Positions 1 through 8,538 of a stretch of 64,000 bases of DNA are shown piece by piece. The DNA is from Synechococcus sp. UW140 (GTDB lineage: Bacteria; Cyanobacteriota; Cyanobacteriia; PCC-6307; Cyanobiaceae), in NCBI GenBank assembly GCA_945861595.1, contig CAMAVE010000002.1:8946-72945 (forward strand), given 5' to 3'. The notes below the pieces were generated by a model that had not been told where the DNA came from, made no database searches, and worked only from the letters and a program-made list of their open reading frames with translations. Position 1 is the stretch's first letter; every line of letters begins with the position of its first letter. The translations under genes were made by a program, and so were the position numbers.

Positions 1-708
1 ACCAATCTCAGCGCCCCCGAAGCAGTCGATAAGGTCCTACTGCTGGCTGGGGCGTCCATGTTTGATGGGCTAGCCCCCCTCCCCCTCGTGCCCCAAGAGC
101 TGCAGGAGATTGGCGCTAAATCGACCGCCTCGATCTTCCTCAATCGGGACTTCACCCCAGACGTGCTTCTGGAAAAGGCTGCCGATCCCCGCTATAGCCG
201 CATCCATATCGCGACCCATGCCGAATTCCTGCCAGGCGGACCAAGCAGTTCTTACCTCTACTCCGGCGTAGGGCCCATCCCACTCACGGCCTTTAATCGC
301 TTGAGATTACAGCGCAAAGGGGCCCCTTTGGATCTGATCACGTTTAGCGCTTGTCGCACCGCCCTCGGTGATCCCAATAGTGAGCTGGGCTTTGCCGGAT
401 TGGCGGTGCAAGCCGGAGCGCGCAGTGCCGCTGGCACCCTTTGGTATGTGGACGATGTGGCCTCATCAGCCTATTTCCAACAGATGTATCGTTACCTGGA
501 TCAAGGCGTGCCGAAGGCCGAAGCGCTCCAACTGACACGCCAGGCATTTTTACGGGGATTCGTGCATCTCGAGGGAGATCGCCTGCTCGGACCCAATGGA
601 TCCATACTCCTCAGGAATCTCACCAAGGAGCAGCAGCGGCGCGTCAAGGATGGCCTCCAGAATCCCTATTTCTGGGCAGGTGTCGAATTGATCGGATCCC
701 CGTGGTGA
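1..708 (+). CDS. CHAT (caspase-like) domain protein, C-terminal part; the 5' end lies outside the window
   Basis: Frame 1 is open from nt 1, with no stop before the listed ORF 58..708. The motifs HIATHAEF, FSACRTALGD and GFAGLAVQAGARSAAGTLWYVDD fit the His/Cys dyad region of CHAT domains. Confidence 0.7.
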   Translation, partial: TNLSAPEAVDKVLLLAGASMFDGLAPLPLVPQELQEIGAKSTASIFLNRDFTPDVLLEKAADPRYSRIHIATHAEFLPGGPSSSYLYSGVGPIPLTAFNRLRLQRKGAPLDLITFSACRTALGDPNSELGFAGLAVQAGARSAAGTLWYVDDVASSAYFQQMYRYLDQGVPKAEALQLTRQAFLRGFVHLEGDRLLGPNGSILLRNLTKEQQRRVKDGLQNPYFWAGVELIGSPW

Positions 709-905
709 GGCGATAACGACGGCCAAGCCATCACTTTGCCTTGCTCATGATTGATCGCAATAGGGTCGAATCACAATGAAATTGCCAAGCGCACCTAGCT
801 GGTTTACCCGAACCGTAAATCAGCCCTAATTAGCCCCTTCAACCCCTTGGGCCCAGCGCAACCGATAGCCCTTGATTAGGCGTTTGATCCCAGCAAGATC
901 CTTGT

Positions 906-2090
906 CTAAGCCAATGCTCGCAGCGCCCCCAGCAACAGCTCAACCTCCGCCGCCGTCGTGGTGATGTGGGTGCAGGCGCGCAGGCAATGGGGATCATCCA
1001 GGCTGCGCAGCCAGATGGCCTGCTCGCCCAACTGGGCCACCACCGCCTCTGGGCTGGGGGCGCCATGGCCGTTGAGCCTGAAACTGACCAAGCCGGCCGG
1101 CGGCGGCCCCTGCAGCAGAGTTTGCAGGCCGGTAATCGCCTGCAGCCCCTGCCAGAGCTGGCCGCTGCGCTCGCGGATTAGGGCTAGCCGGCTCTCGGGG
1201 CGGCCTTCGAGAGCAAGCAGATCCATCGAACTAGCCAGCCCAGCCAGCAGGGGCACGCAGCTGGTCGCCACCTCAAAACGGCGGGCGTCGCCATGCCAGG
1301 AGCTACCAGCGCTGCCCTCATGGCGCAAGCTGCGCCAGCCAATCAGGGTCGGCTGGGCCTGCTCCAGCAGGCGCTCGGAGAGGGCCACGCCCCCCAGACC
1401 TTCCGGGCCGCACAGCCACTTGTGCCCCGTAAAAGCATAGATATCGGCCGCAGCGGCGGCCTCGGCCACGGGGATGCTGCCCATCGATTGGGCAGCATCC
1501 ACCAGCAGCCATGGCTGGCGGCCATGGCCCTGCAGCCGCTCGGCCACCTTGGCGATGGGCATCACCGCGCCCGTGTTCCAGAGCAGGTGGGAGAGCACCA
1601 CCATGCGGGTGCGGGCGGAGAGGGTTTGCTCTAGGGCGTCGAGGATGGCCCCATCAAGGGCGTCAGAAGCGATTTGGCAACTGAGCGCCATTACCGGCAA
1701 CATCGCCAGACTCAAGCCTTCCCGGCGGGCCAATTCCTGGCAGGCCGCCACCACGCCTGGGTGTTCGCAGTCGCTGATCAGCAGCTCATCGCCGGCCTGC
1801 CACTGCAGCCCCCACAGGGGCAACACGCAGCCACTCGTGACATTTTCGGTGAGGGCGATGCGATGGGGCCCCACGCCACAGGCCGCCGCCAATCTGCTGC
1901 GAACCGCCGCCACCTGGGCCTCAACGAAGGGCCACACCGCCGAAGTGAACGGGCCCAACTCCTGGATCGTGCGCCAACTGGCGGTGATCGCCTCCAGGGA
2001 GGGCTCGGGCAGGGGCCCCTGGCCGCCGTAGTTGAAGTAGGTCTTGCCCGTCAGGGCGGGCATCAGATTCCTCAGCTCTCCTTGGGGCAT
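906..2090 (-). CDS. Class V aminotransferase / cysteine desulfurase-like (isopenicillin-N epimerase-like) PLP enzyme
   Basis: N-terminal YFNYGGQGPLP and the PLP-lysine region FTGHKWLCGPEGLGG. The ORF track starts at GTG 2156. ATG 2090 (MPQGELRNLMPALTGKTYFNYGG) gives the usual N-terminus. Confidence 0.75.
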   Translation of the reverse strand: MPQGELRNLMPALTGKTYFNYGGQGPLPEPSLEAITASWRTIQELGPFTSAVWPFVEAQVAAVRSRLAAACGVGPHRIALTENVTSGCVLPLWGLQWQAGDELLISDCEHPGVVAACQELARREGLSLAMLPVMALSCQIASDALDGAILDALEQTLSARTRMVVLSHLLWNTGAVMPIAKVAERLQGHGRQPWLLVDAAQSMGSIPVAEAAAAADIYAFTGHKWLCGPEGLGGVALSERLLEQAQPTLIGWRSLRHEGSAGSSWHGDARRFEVATSCVPLLAGLASSMDLLALEGRPESRLALIRERSGQLWQGLQAITGLQTLLQGPPPAGLVSFRLNGHGAPSPEAVVAQLGEQAIWLRSLDDPHCLRACTHITTTAAEVELLLGALRALA

Positions 2091-2252
2091 CTGTGGTCTC
2101 GCAATTCGGGTAGGACTAGAGCTTGGGCAAAAGGTGGCCTTCAGAAAGGATCCCACAGACGCCAGAGGCTTGAGGATGGCCTTCCAGAGATAGGTTAAGG
2201 GACGTGAATGGGATTAGGTGGTGGCTTACAAATTTATGATTCCATTTAGCGT

Positions 2253-2495
2253 GCATGCCAAGCATTAACTTGGTGGCCTGGAAATTGCATGGGCCAAGAT
2301 GGCATGGCTACGCCCGATGAGTTAGCCCAAACTCGCTCCACTGGCCACCAAGAATTCAGGCATACCACAAGCAACGCCCAATTTGATCTCATCCCAGGAT
2401 TCCATCCGGATTGATGGCTCGGATAAAATAGATCAATGGGGCTCACCAAGAAAATGACAGACAAGCTGAATCTATTAATGCTTAGATTGGCATGC
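2253..2495. repeat. Inverted repeat pair bounding about 200 bp downstream of the bestrophin-like gene
   Basis: The left arm 2253-2268 reads GCATGCCAAGCATTAA. The reverse complement of the right arm 2475-2495 reads GCATGCCAA-TCTAA-GCATTAA. That is 16 matching nt with one 5-nt insertion. Confidence 0.6.
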
Positions 2496-2500
2496 TTGGA

Positions 2501-3307
2501 TTAGGGCCCATCAAAGCACAATACCTTAAGCCTTGACTGCGTAGACTCCAGAATTGCCAAATCGACATCTTCGGCAGACGAATCATCGCTAAAGCCGAAG
2601 GGATTATCGAGGCCACTGATCAGATGAAGGATGAAAATCAGTATCCAGGAAAGGCAGAACAAGAAAAAACTGTTGTTGTAATACGACGCTGAATCGCTCT
2701 TGATCAACGTCAGTCCTGTGCAGAGAATGCCCGAAGCTGCATAGGCAAGGAGATAAACAATGGTCGCGAAGTCGGTTTCGCGGATCACTTCAATACGATT
2801 AATAGCCCGCAAAATCACCCCCATTTCGGCCATGAGACGCCCCTTGAGAGTCGAGTCTTTTAGCCAAGAGCTAGCCTGAACCGAATGATCATGGGTCAAG
2901 CTGTAGACAGCCATGACCTGATCGGTGCCAATCTCCCCTTTTATCCAGCGGATAATACTTACGCAAAGGTAGTAAATTGCCTCAACGTCTTCCTTGACCG
3001 TAGCGCCAGGAGTATGAATGGGTATGGCCTTGATTTCCTTTGCGAGCAAAAAAAGTGACGTTGAAAGCTCGCCAGGCAACTTCTCACTCTCCTTATAATC
3101 GCTAAGCACGCCATTAAGGAGAAAGCCCAGTAGGAATACGGTTGCTGCGACCAAAGACGACAACAGTGGGCTCAACTCAAGGACATCAAGCCCTAGCTGA
3201 TGGACAAGGGCCCTAAGCAGCACGAAGCCTGCGGATGCAGCCGATATTCTGATTATGATGACAACGAGCCTCCATGCCTTGGCTCTATTAGCAACGGGCG
3301 TATCCAT
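2501..3307 (-). CDS. Bestrophin / DUF4239-like four-TM membrane protein (putative ion channel), inside a low-GC islet
   Basis: Two hydrophobic helices, then a roughly 100-aa helical soluble segment, then two more helices, then LDNPFGF near the C-terminus, as in bacterial bestrophin-type proteins. A sampled line (2521-2580) counts 29/60 GC against 41/60 at 4021-4080. Confidence 0.45.
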   Translation of the reverse strand: MDTPVANRAKAWRLVVIIIRISAASAGFVLLRALVHQLGLDVLELSPLLSSLVAATVFLLGFLLNGVLSDYKESEKLPGELSTSLFLLAKEIKAIPIHTPGATVKEDVEAIYYLCVSIIRWIKGEIGTDQVMAVYSLTHDHSVQASSWLKDSTLKGRLMAEMGVILRAINRIEVIRETDFATIVYLLAYAASGILCTGLTLIKSDSASYYNNSFFLFCLSWILIFILHLISGLDNPFGFSDDSSAEDVDLAILESTQSRLKVLCFDGP

Positions 3308-3345
3308 GGATAGCTACTATTTATTTGATTTTACCCTGCCAAGGT

Positions 3346-3417
3346 TGCGCACTGTGCATTCTGCAATACATTCAAATAAGAATGCATGAGTATGCATGGC
3401 ACGATTGCATGCAATAC
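3346..3417. promoter_or_regulatory. Cluster of TGCA-core palindromes 40-110 nt upstream of the bestrophin-like gene
   Basis: TGCAT 3355, TGCAATAC 3362, ATGCAT 3382, ATGCAT 3392, TTGCATGCAA 3405-3414 (a perfect 10-bp palindrome), TGCAATAC 3410. Confidence 0.4.
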
Positions 3418-3719
3418 AGGCCCCAACACGCCTACCGGTGGAGGCAATGTTGACACTCTTGCCGAAGATGAAGGGGGCAATACCCTCACGCCTTCAACGG
3501 ACAGAGTGAAGGCGTAGCCACTGAGCTAGCTCAACTGACTTCAGCACAATCACCATACGGGGCGAGCGTGCCCTCCGGCAGAACCGACGAAGCCGGCTCT
3601 AGGACAGAAGGATCGCAGGAGTCGAAATAGGGGGAAGTCTGCATTTTTACCAGGCCCTAACGAGCCGGTCTTCGGCAGGGCGGTCCAAGCAACTAGAGGC
3701 AGACTCTACAAATCCAAGC

Positions 3720-3881
3720 TCACAGCACCTGGCCAAGGGCCACGGCCGCCACCGCAGAGAACAGGGTGATCCCTAGGGCAGTGATCGGATTCTGGCCCTG
3801 GGCCACGGCAAAGGTCGTGATCACACCTGCCCCGATACAGGCCACGGCCAGCTGGGTCACGATCGAGGGGCGGCTGTTCAC
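3720..3881 (-). CDS. Small hydrophobic protein (about 45-53 aa, two predicted TM segments), hypothetical
   Basis: Read by hand; it is below the ORF-track size cutoff. Sequence: VNSRPSIVTQLAVACIGAGVITTFAVAQGQNPITALGITLFSAVAAVALGQVL*. GTG at 3881 follows an in-frame TAA, and further in-frame GTGs lie at 3860 and 3845. Third codon positions are G/C-rich like host genes. No clear SD. Lies 89 nt downstream of ycf46 on the same strand. Confidence 0.3.
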   Translation of the reverse strand: MNSRPSIVTQLAVACIGAGVITTFAVAQGQNPITALGITLFSAVAAVALGQVL

Positions 3882-3970
3882 TTAGGGGTCCACGAATGAA
3901 CCGAAGTTAAGGATGGTTGCGGCTGCAGTCTTGCTGCAGCCGGGGCTTCGTTACCTGGCGTTGGTGTTCG

Positions 3971-5476
3971 TTACTCGCCGTAATCTTCAGACCGGCTCAC
4001 CGCCGGCCGGGCCCGGCCACTGCTGGCCCATTGCTCCAGGGCCTCCAATTGTTCCCGGGCCGTGCGCGAGAGGGGCACCAGCTGGGCAGCCGCCCCGATC
4101 AGATCGGTTTCGCCAAACTCCCGGCCCTCGGCGAAGGCCAGGTGCATGGCTTCGACCACCACCTGCTCCAGTTCGGCACCAGAGAAGCCGGCGGTGCGAT
4201 CCACCACCACCTCCAAAGGCAGGCCGTGCTCGGGGCGGCGCCGTTTGAGCTGCAGATCGAGGATGGCGCGCCGTTCCCTGGCATCGGGCAACGCCAGCAG
4301 GAATATCTCATCGAAGCGGCCCTTGCGCAGCAGTTCGGCCGGCAGGCGCTCCACCCCATTGGCGGTGGCCACCACAAACACGGCGCTGGTCTTTTCGGCC
4401 ATCCAGGTGAGCAGGCTGGCCAGCACCCGCTGGCTGGTGCCGCCGTCGCTGCGGCCATCGCCGCTTAGGGCGGCGCTGAAGCCCTTGTCGATCTCATCGA
4501 TCCAGAGCACGCAGGGAGCCATCGCCTCCGCCAGCTGGATCATCTCGCGGCTGCGGGCCTCACTGGCCCCCACCAGGCCACTGAACAGGCGGCCCACATC
4601 GAGACGCAGCAGGGGCATGGCCCAGCCGTGGGCGATCGCCTTGGCCGTGAGCGACTTGCCCGTGCCCTGGGGGCCCACCAGCAGCACCCCCCGGGGCAGG
4701 GGCAGGCCGTAGCGGCGCGCCCCCTCACTGAAGGCCTGGTGCCGTTGCGCCAGCCATTGCTTGAGGGCGCCATGGCCGCCGATGTCGGCCGGGCTGGCAC
4801 CACTGGGGCAATACTCCAGCAGCTCGCTGCGGGCGATCGCCTGGCGCTTTTCCTCCAGCACCTCGGCCAGGTCGTCGGCGCCGAGTTGGCCGCGCCTAGC
4901 CAGGCCCCGGGCAGCCACCTGGCGAATGCGTTGCTCGCTGAGGCCACAGCAGCCCTGGCTGAGCTCCTCCAGCACCGCCCCATCCAGGCTCTGGCCGCAG
5001 GCCTGGGCGATGCTGACCAGCAAGGCCCGGATCTCCGCAGCCTCCGGTAGGGGCAACGCCAGCTCGGTGATGCAGTCCTGCAGATCGGTGGGCACCTGCC
5101 ATTGGCTGGCCGTGATCACCAGGGTGCGGGGCACCTGGCGCAGGTCACTGGCCAGGTTGCGCAGGCGGCGGCAGATGCTGGCGTCCTCGCAGTAGCGATG
5201 GAAATCCTTCAACACCAGGATGCCGGCGGCCTCGGGCGCCAGGGCGTTGAGACCATCGAGGGCTCCTAGAGGATTGCGGCTGGCCTCCCCCTGGCGGCCG
5301 GGCAGTCCGCCCAGGCCCGTGATGAAATCCCACACCAGCAGGGTGCGGTTGCCCAGGCGCCTGGCAGCCCCTTCCAGCAGGGTGATGGTGCGCTCCTCCT
5401 CGCCGCTGCGGATCCAGAGGATCGGCGTGCGCGCGCGGATCAGTAAATCCAGCTGGTCGGCCCAGGCCTGGCTCAT
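3971..5476 (-). CDS. ycf46: AAA+ ATPase of the cyanobacterial/plastid Ycf46 type
   Basis: Walker A GPQGTGKSLTAKAIA, Walker B VLWIDEIDK, and a roughly 250-aa N-terminal non-ATPase domain. The preferred ATG at 5476 (MSQAWADQLDLLIRARTPILWI) overlaps the stop of the upstream gene as ATGA. The track ORF extends to 5599. Confidence 0.75.
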   Translation of the reverse strand: MSQAWADQLDLLIRARTPILWIRSGEEERTITLLEGAARRLGNRTLLVWDFITGLGGLPGRQGEASRNPLGALDGLNALAPEAAGILVLKDFHRYCEDASICRRLRNLASDLRQVPRTLVITASQWQVPTDLQDCITELALPLPEAAEIRALLVSIAQACGQSLDGAVLEELSQGCCGLSEQRIRQVAARGLARRGQLGADDLAEVLEEKRQAIARSELLEYCPSGASPADIGGHGALKQWLAQRHQAFSEGARRYGLPLPRGVLLVGPQGTGKSLTAKAIAHGWAMPLLRLDVGRLFSGLVGASEARSREMIQLAEAMAPCVLWIDEIDKGFSAALSGDGRSDGGTSQRVLASLLTWMAEKTSAVFVVATANGVERLPAELLRKGRFDEIFLLALPDARERRAILDLQLKRRRPEHGLPLEVVVDRTAGFSGAELEQVVVEAMHLAFAEGREFGETDLIGAAAQLVPLSRTAREQLEALEQWASSGRARPAVSRSEDYGE

Positions 5477-6039
5477 GGGGCCAGCTGTTTGAGCGCCGCC
5501 CAGCGGGGATCGATCGGGCCAGGGTCCGGGGAGTCGCCTTCGGGGGCAGCCTGACCAGCGCCTGGGTTGCCAGCGCCCGCCAGGTTCGGCCCGGGGCACT
5601 GCTCGCCGCAGTGATTGACCACCGGCAGCAGCAGGTGCAGCTGCTCAAAGATCCAGTGGGCCGGATCGAAGTCGCCGGCCGGATCGAGGCTTTCGGTGAA
5701 GGCATCGGCCTCCAGGTCAAGCAGCTGGGCCGCCGACTCGAGCACCACGTCCTCATCCACCCCGTCGGCGCGGGAGGCTTCCCCCAGCCAGATCAGTTCC
5801 CGGTTGCGAGCGCCCAGGGCCTGGTTGAAGTCCTGCAGGCATCGGTCACAGCAGAGGGTGACGATCGTGCTGGCCTCACCCTCCACCTCGAGCACGTTGA
5901 TGCGATGGATGGCCCGGACCCGGCCCCGCACCGGCGTGAGGCTGGGCAAGCCCTCGAGGTGCTGATCGATCTGCCAGTTGCGGCCCTCCGGAAGCGCCTT
6001 GAGCTCCTGGATCGGAATCGCGCTGAGGTCATCGGCCAT
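5473..6039 (-). CDS. DUF177 / YceD-like protein (large ribosomal RNA subunit accumulation protein family)
   Basis: The cysteine pairs CCDRCLQDF and HCGEQCPGP with an acidic middle region are typical of the DUF177 metal-binding family. ATG at 6039. Confidence 0.65.
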   Translation of the reverse strand: MADDLSAIPIQELKALPEGRNWQIDQHLEGLPSLTPVRGRVRAIHRINVLEVEGEASTIVTLCCDRCLQDFNQALGARNRELIWLGEASRADGVDEDVVLESAAQLLDLEADAFTESLDPAGDFDPAHWIFEQLHLLLPVVNHCGEQCPGPNLAGAGNPGAGQAAPEGDSPDPGPIDPRWAALKQLAP

Positions 6040-6097
6040 GGACGGAACTGGCAGGCAGGCGTCGGTTCAGAGCAGGGGAAGCAGGCTGGGCGAGGGC

Positions 6098-7231
6098 CTA
6101 CTTCTTGCCGCCCTTGGGTTCAAAGGGCAGGCGCTCGCCGCTGCTGGCCGAGGCCGTCACGGTCTGCTGGCTGGCCTGCTGGTCGAGGATCGCCTGCAGG
6201 TTGTCGGGCAGGGCTTCCTTGCCCAGCAGGTAGGTCTGGCCAGCCTGGAAGATGTTGGCCACCACCATGTAAAGCAGCACGCCCGCCGGCAGGGGGAAGA
6301 ACAGGAACATCCCCGTGATCATCACCGGCGTGATCTTGTTGGCCGTGGACTGTTGGGGGTTGGCCGGCATGCCCATCCCCGAGAGGATTTGGGACACGAA
6401 CAAGCTGGCGCCAAAGGCCGCCACCAGAATCGCGATATCCCAGTTGATCGCCCCATCGGTGTAGAAGCCGACCTGGCCGAGGGCCTTAATGAACAGGAAG
6501 CCGCTGCGGGCAGCCAGGCCAGGGATCTTGGCCTCCACCACCGCATCGCCAGGGGCCAGGGCGTGGATCGTGCCGTTGGCATCCACGCTCACGATGCCTT
6601 CGCCCTTGGTGACGCTCCAGCTGGGGGTGTAGGCATCGCCATTCTCAACCCCCTTGAGCACCGAGGCGAAACTGCTGCCCTCCTTGGTGTGCAGGTCAAC
6701 GGTCTCGGTGTCGCCCACGCCTAGCTTGGTGCCCTTCTCCAGGGTGGCGATCACCGGCACATGGCTGGTGGCCGTCACGAAAATCGAGTGGCTGGGGCTG
6801 TTGAAGGTCTTGGGCTCCACAGCCGCGATCTGCTCGGCCGGCAGCACCTTGAGGTTCAAGGTGTAGGGCAGGTCGGCGAAGGGGGATCCCCTCAGGGTGG
6901 CGAACAGGGCGAACAGGATCGGCATCTGCACGACCAGGGGCAGGCAGCCCGCCAGGGGGCTGCCGAACTCCTTCATCAGCTTGCCCAGTTCTTCTTGCTG
7001 CTTCTGGGGATTGCTGGCGTATTTAGCCTTGATCTCGGCCTGGCGCTTCTGCATCACCGGCTGGGCGATGCGCATGCGCCGGGCGCTGCGGATCGAGCCG
7101 GCGCTCAACGGGAACAGGGCCAGGCGGATCACGACCGTCAGGGCAATGATCGCCAGGCCGTAGCTCGGCACCAACCCATAGAAGAAGTCGAGGATTGGCA
7201 GGAGCAGGTTGTCGGAGATGTAGCCGATCAC
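6098..7231 (-). CDS. yidC: Membrane protein insertase YidC
   Basis: Conserved N-terminus [15 protein letters not shown], five-TM core with [20 protein letters not shown] and NIFQAGQTY. Classical rpmH-rnpA-(PH)-yidC neighbourhood. GTG start. Confidence 0.9.
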   Translation of the reverse strand: MIGYISDNLLLPILDFFYGLVPSYGLAIIALTVVIRLALFPLSAGSIRSARRMRIAQPVMQKRQAEIKAKYASNPQKQQEELGKLMKEFGSPLAGCLPLVVQMPILFALFATLRGSPFADLPYTLNLKVLPAEQIAAVEPKTFNSPSHSIFVTATSHVPVIATLEKGTKLGVGDTETVDLHTKEGSSFASVLKGVENGDAYTPSWSVTKGEGIVSVDANGTIHALAPGDAVVEAKIPGLAARSGFLFIKALGQVGFYTDGAINWDIAILVAAFGASLFVSQILSGMGMPANPQQSTANKITPVMITGMFLFFPLPAGVLLYMVVANIFQAGQTYLLGKEALPDNLQAILDQQASQQTVTASASSGERLPFEPKGGKK

Positions 7232-7346
7232 GGCGTGGTTGCGGTGGGGGTCGGGGAGTCGATGGGGCCAGTGTGCCCGAGCAGGGGCCGTCGGCGCGGC
7301 CTGGGGCCGTCAGGGCTTCAACGCGCAGGGCTGGCGGAGCAGGTCT

Positions 7347-7844
7347 TCAGGCGGCCTTGTCAACGGCGAAGCCACTGGGGGCCGGGCCCTTGCCGCCGCC
7401 GGAGCGGGCGACAATCCGCTCGTTGATGTAGCTCTCCACCTCGCGGTAGCGGGGCATGGCGCGCATCTCCAGCTTGGCGCCGTCGCTGAGCACCAGCACC
7501 ATGTCGCCCCAAAAACCGAGGCCCCGGGCGACGCTGCGCACCTCCTTGATCTGGCTATACACCACCTGGCTGCGGTCGCGGCCCAGCCAGCCACCGGAGA
7601 CGGTGACGCGGCGACTGGTGATGCGGAAGCGCAACCACAGGGCCCGCACGATCGCCCCCACGGCAAAGGGGATGCCGATCAGGGTGAGGCCAAAGAGCAG
7701 GTTGGTGACGAGGTCACCCAAGGCCGGGCCGCCCTCATAGAACACGTCCTCCTGGATCACCGCGCCGGGGGCCGCTTTTGCCGGTTTGGCAACGGGGCTG
7801 GAGGCAGCTGGTGTCAATTCAGGTTCAGGCTTGGCTTGGGGCAT
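7347..7844 (-). CDS. Bacterial PH-domain (bPH_2 / YdbS-like, DUF304) membrane protein
   Basis: Two TM helices (LVTNLLFGLTLIGIPFAVGAIV) followed by RFRITSRRVTVSGGWLGRDRSQVVYSQIKEV. ATG 7844 shares one nt with the rnpA stop (TGATG). The track ORF is over-extended to 7943. Confidence 0.65.
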   Translation of the reverse strand: MPQAKPEPELTPAASSPVAKPAKAAPGAVIQEDVFYEGGPALGDLVTNLLFGLTLIGIPFAVGAIVRALWLRFRITSRRVTVSGGWLGRDRSQVVYSQIKEVRSVARGLGFWGDMVLVLSDGAKLEMRAMPRYREVESYINERIVARSGGGKGPAPSGFAVDKAA

Positions 7845-8230
7845 CAGCGCAGTCCCGCCTTCTCGAAAAGCTGTGAGCATTCTTCCAGCAACACCGCCTC
7901 GGCCACCTCGGCACTGCCCGGCTTGAGGGAAAGCAGGACCCAAAGCGGCTGCGCCCCAGGCTTGAGCTGGGCCCCGCAGCGAACCAGATGGGGGTGGAGC
8001 AGGCGCCGCAGGGCGTTGCGCCGCACCGATTTCTTGCTCACCTTGTTGCTCACAACCACGGCACAGCGGTAGGGGCTGGCCGGTTGGCGCTGCAGATCAG
8101 GCACCAACAGGGCCGGCTCAGCGGCCATGGTGCGCAACACCATCCAGTCACCGTGGAAGCGGCGGGACTTCTGGTAGAGGCGATCAAAGAGAAAGCGCCC
8201 CCGGAGCCGATGTTCCCTGGGCAGGACCAT
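7844..8230 (-). CDS. rnpA: Ribonuclease P protein component
   Basis: Basic 128-aa protein containing LPREHRLRGRFLFDRLYQKSRRFHG, positioned directly downstream of rpmH. Confidence 0.85.
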   Translation of the reverse strand: MVLPREHRLRGRFLFDRLYQKSRRFHGDWMVLRTMAAEPALLVPDLQRQPASPYRCAVVVSNKVSKKSVRRNALRRLLHPHLVRCGAQLKPGAQPLWVLLSLKPGSAEVAEAVLLEECSQLFEKAGLR

Positions 8231-8277
8231 GGCCGGAGGCGCAGGAGAAAGTGGAACTCAGAACAACTCGTGCGCGA

Positions 8278-8415
8278 TCAGACCGCCAAGCGGGCCCGGC
8301 CGCGGCGACGGCGGGTGCGGATCACGCGACGGCCGGTGTGGCTGCGCATCCGCACCCGGAAGCCCGACACCCGCTTGCGCTTGCGGCTGGTTCCTTCGAG
8401 GGTGCGCTTGGTCAT
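8278..8415 (-). CDS. rpmH: 50S ribosomal protein L34
   Basis: Hand translation: [45 protein letters not shown] (45 aa). This is the canonical L34 sequence. It is below the ORF-track cutoff. Confidence 0.95.
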   Translation of the reverse strand: MTKRTLEGTSRKRKRVSGFRVRMRSHTGRRVIRTRRRRGRARLAV

Positions 8416-8538
8416 GGTTCCGGCTCGGCTCTGCAGCTGTAATCAGTTGGCCAACCTACCAGCTGGGGGTCGGCTGGCCTTGTGGGGCGATCCCCTGGCG
8501 ATCCCATCGCAATCAGGGCTTGACCAGGGATTCTCCAA

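Noticed and set aside
2246-2464. 72-aa ORF inside the inverted-repeat-bounded element
   Set aside because: It has no motif and an odd composition (Trp/Pro/Ser-rich). It lies in low-GC non-coding-looking DNA, so support is insufficient to call a gene.
3517-3523. GCCACTG, resembling the B12-box of cobalamin riboswitches
   Set aside because: The surrounding conserved cobalamin-riboswitch core (GGGAA ... GGTG ... CCCGC before the box) is absent, and there is no cobalamin-related gene downstream on either strand.
3646-3654. TTTACCAGG, resembling the 5' side of SRP (4.5S) RNA domain IV
   Set aside because: The GGAA tetraloop and the AGCAGCC 3' side are not present nearby.
3561-3720. Possible tmRNA (GGGGCGAG... 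start) or RNase P RNA (ACAGAA / GGGGGAAGTC resemblance)
   Set aside because: There is no tRNA-like 3' end (GGTTCGA.TCC...CCA), no tag reading frame, and no GAGGAAAGTCCGGGC P4 sequence. The resemblances are only 5-8 nt.
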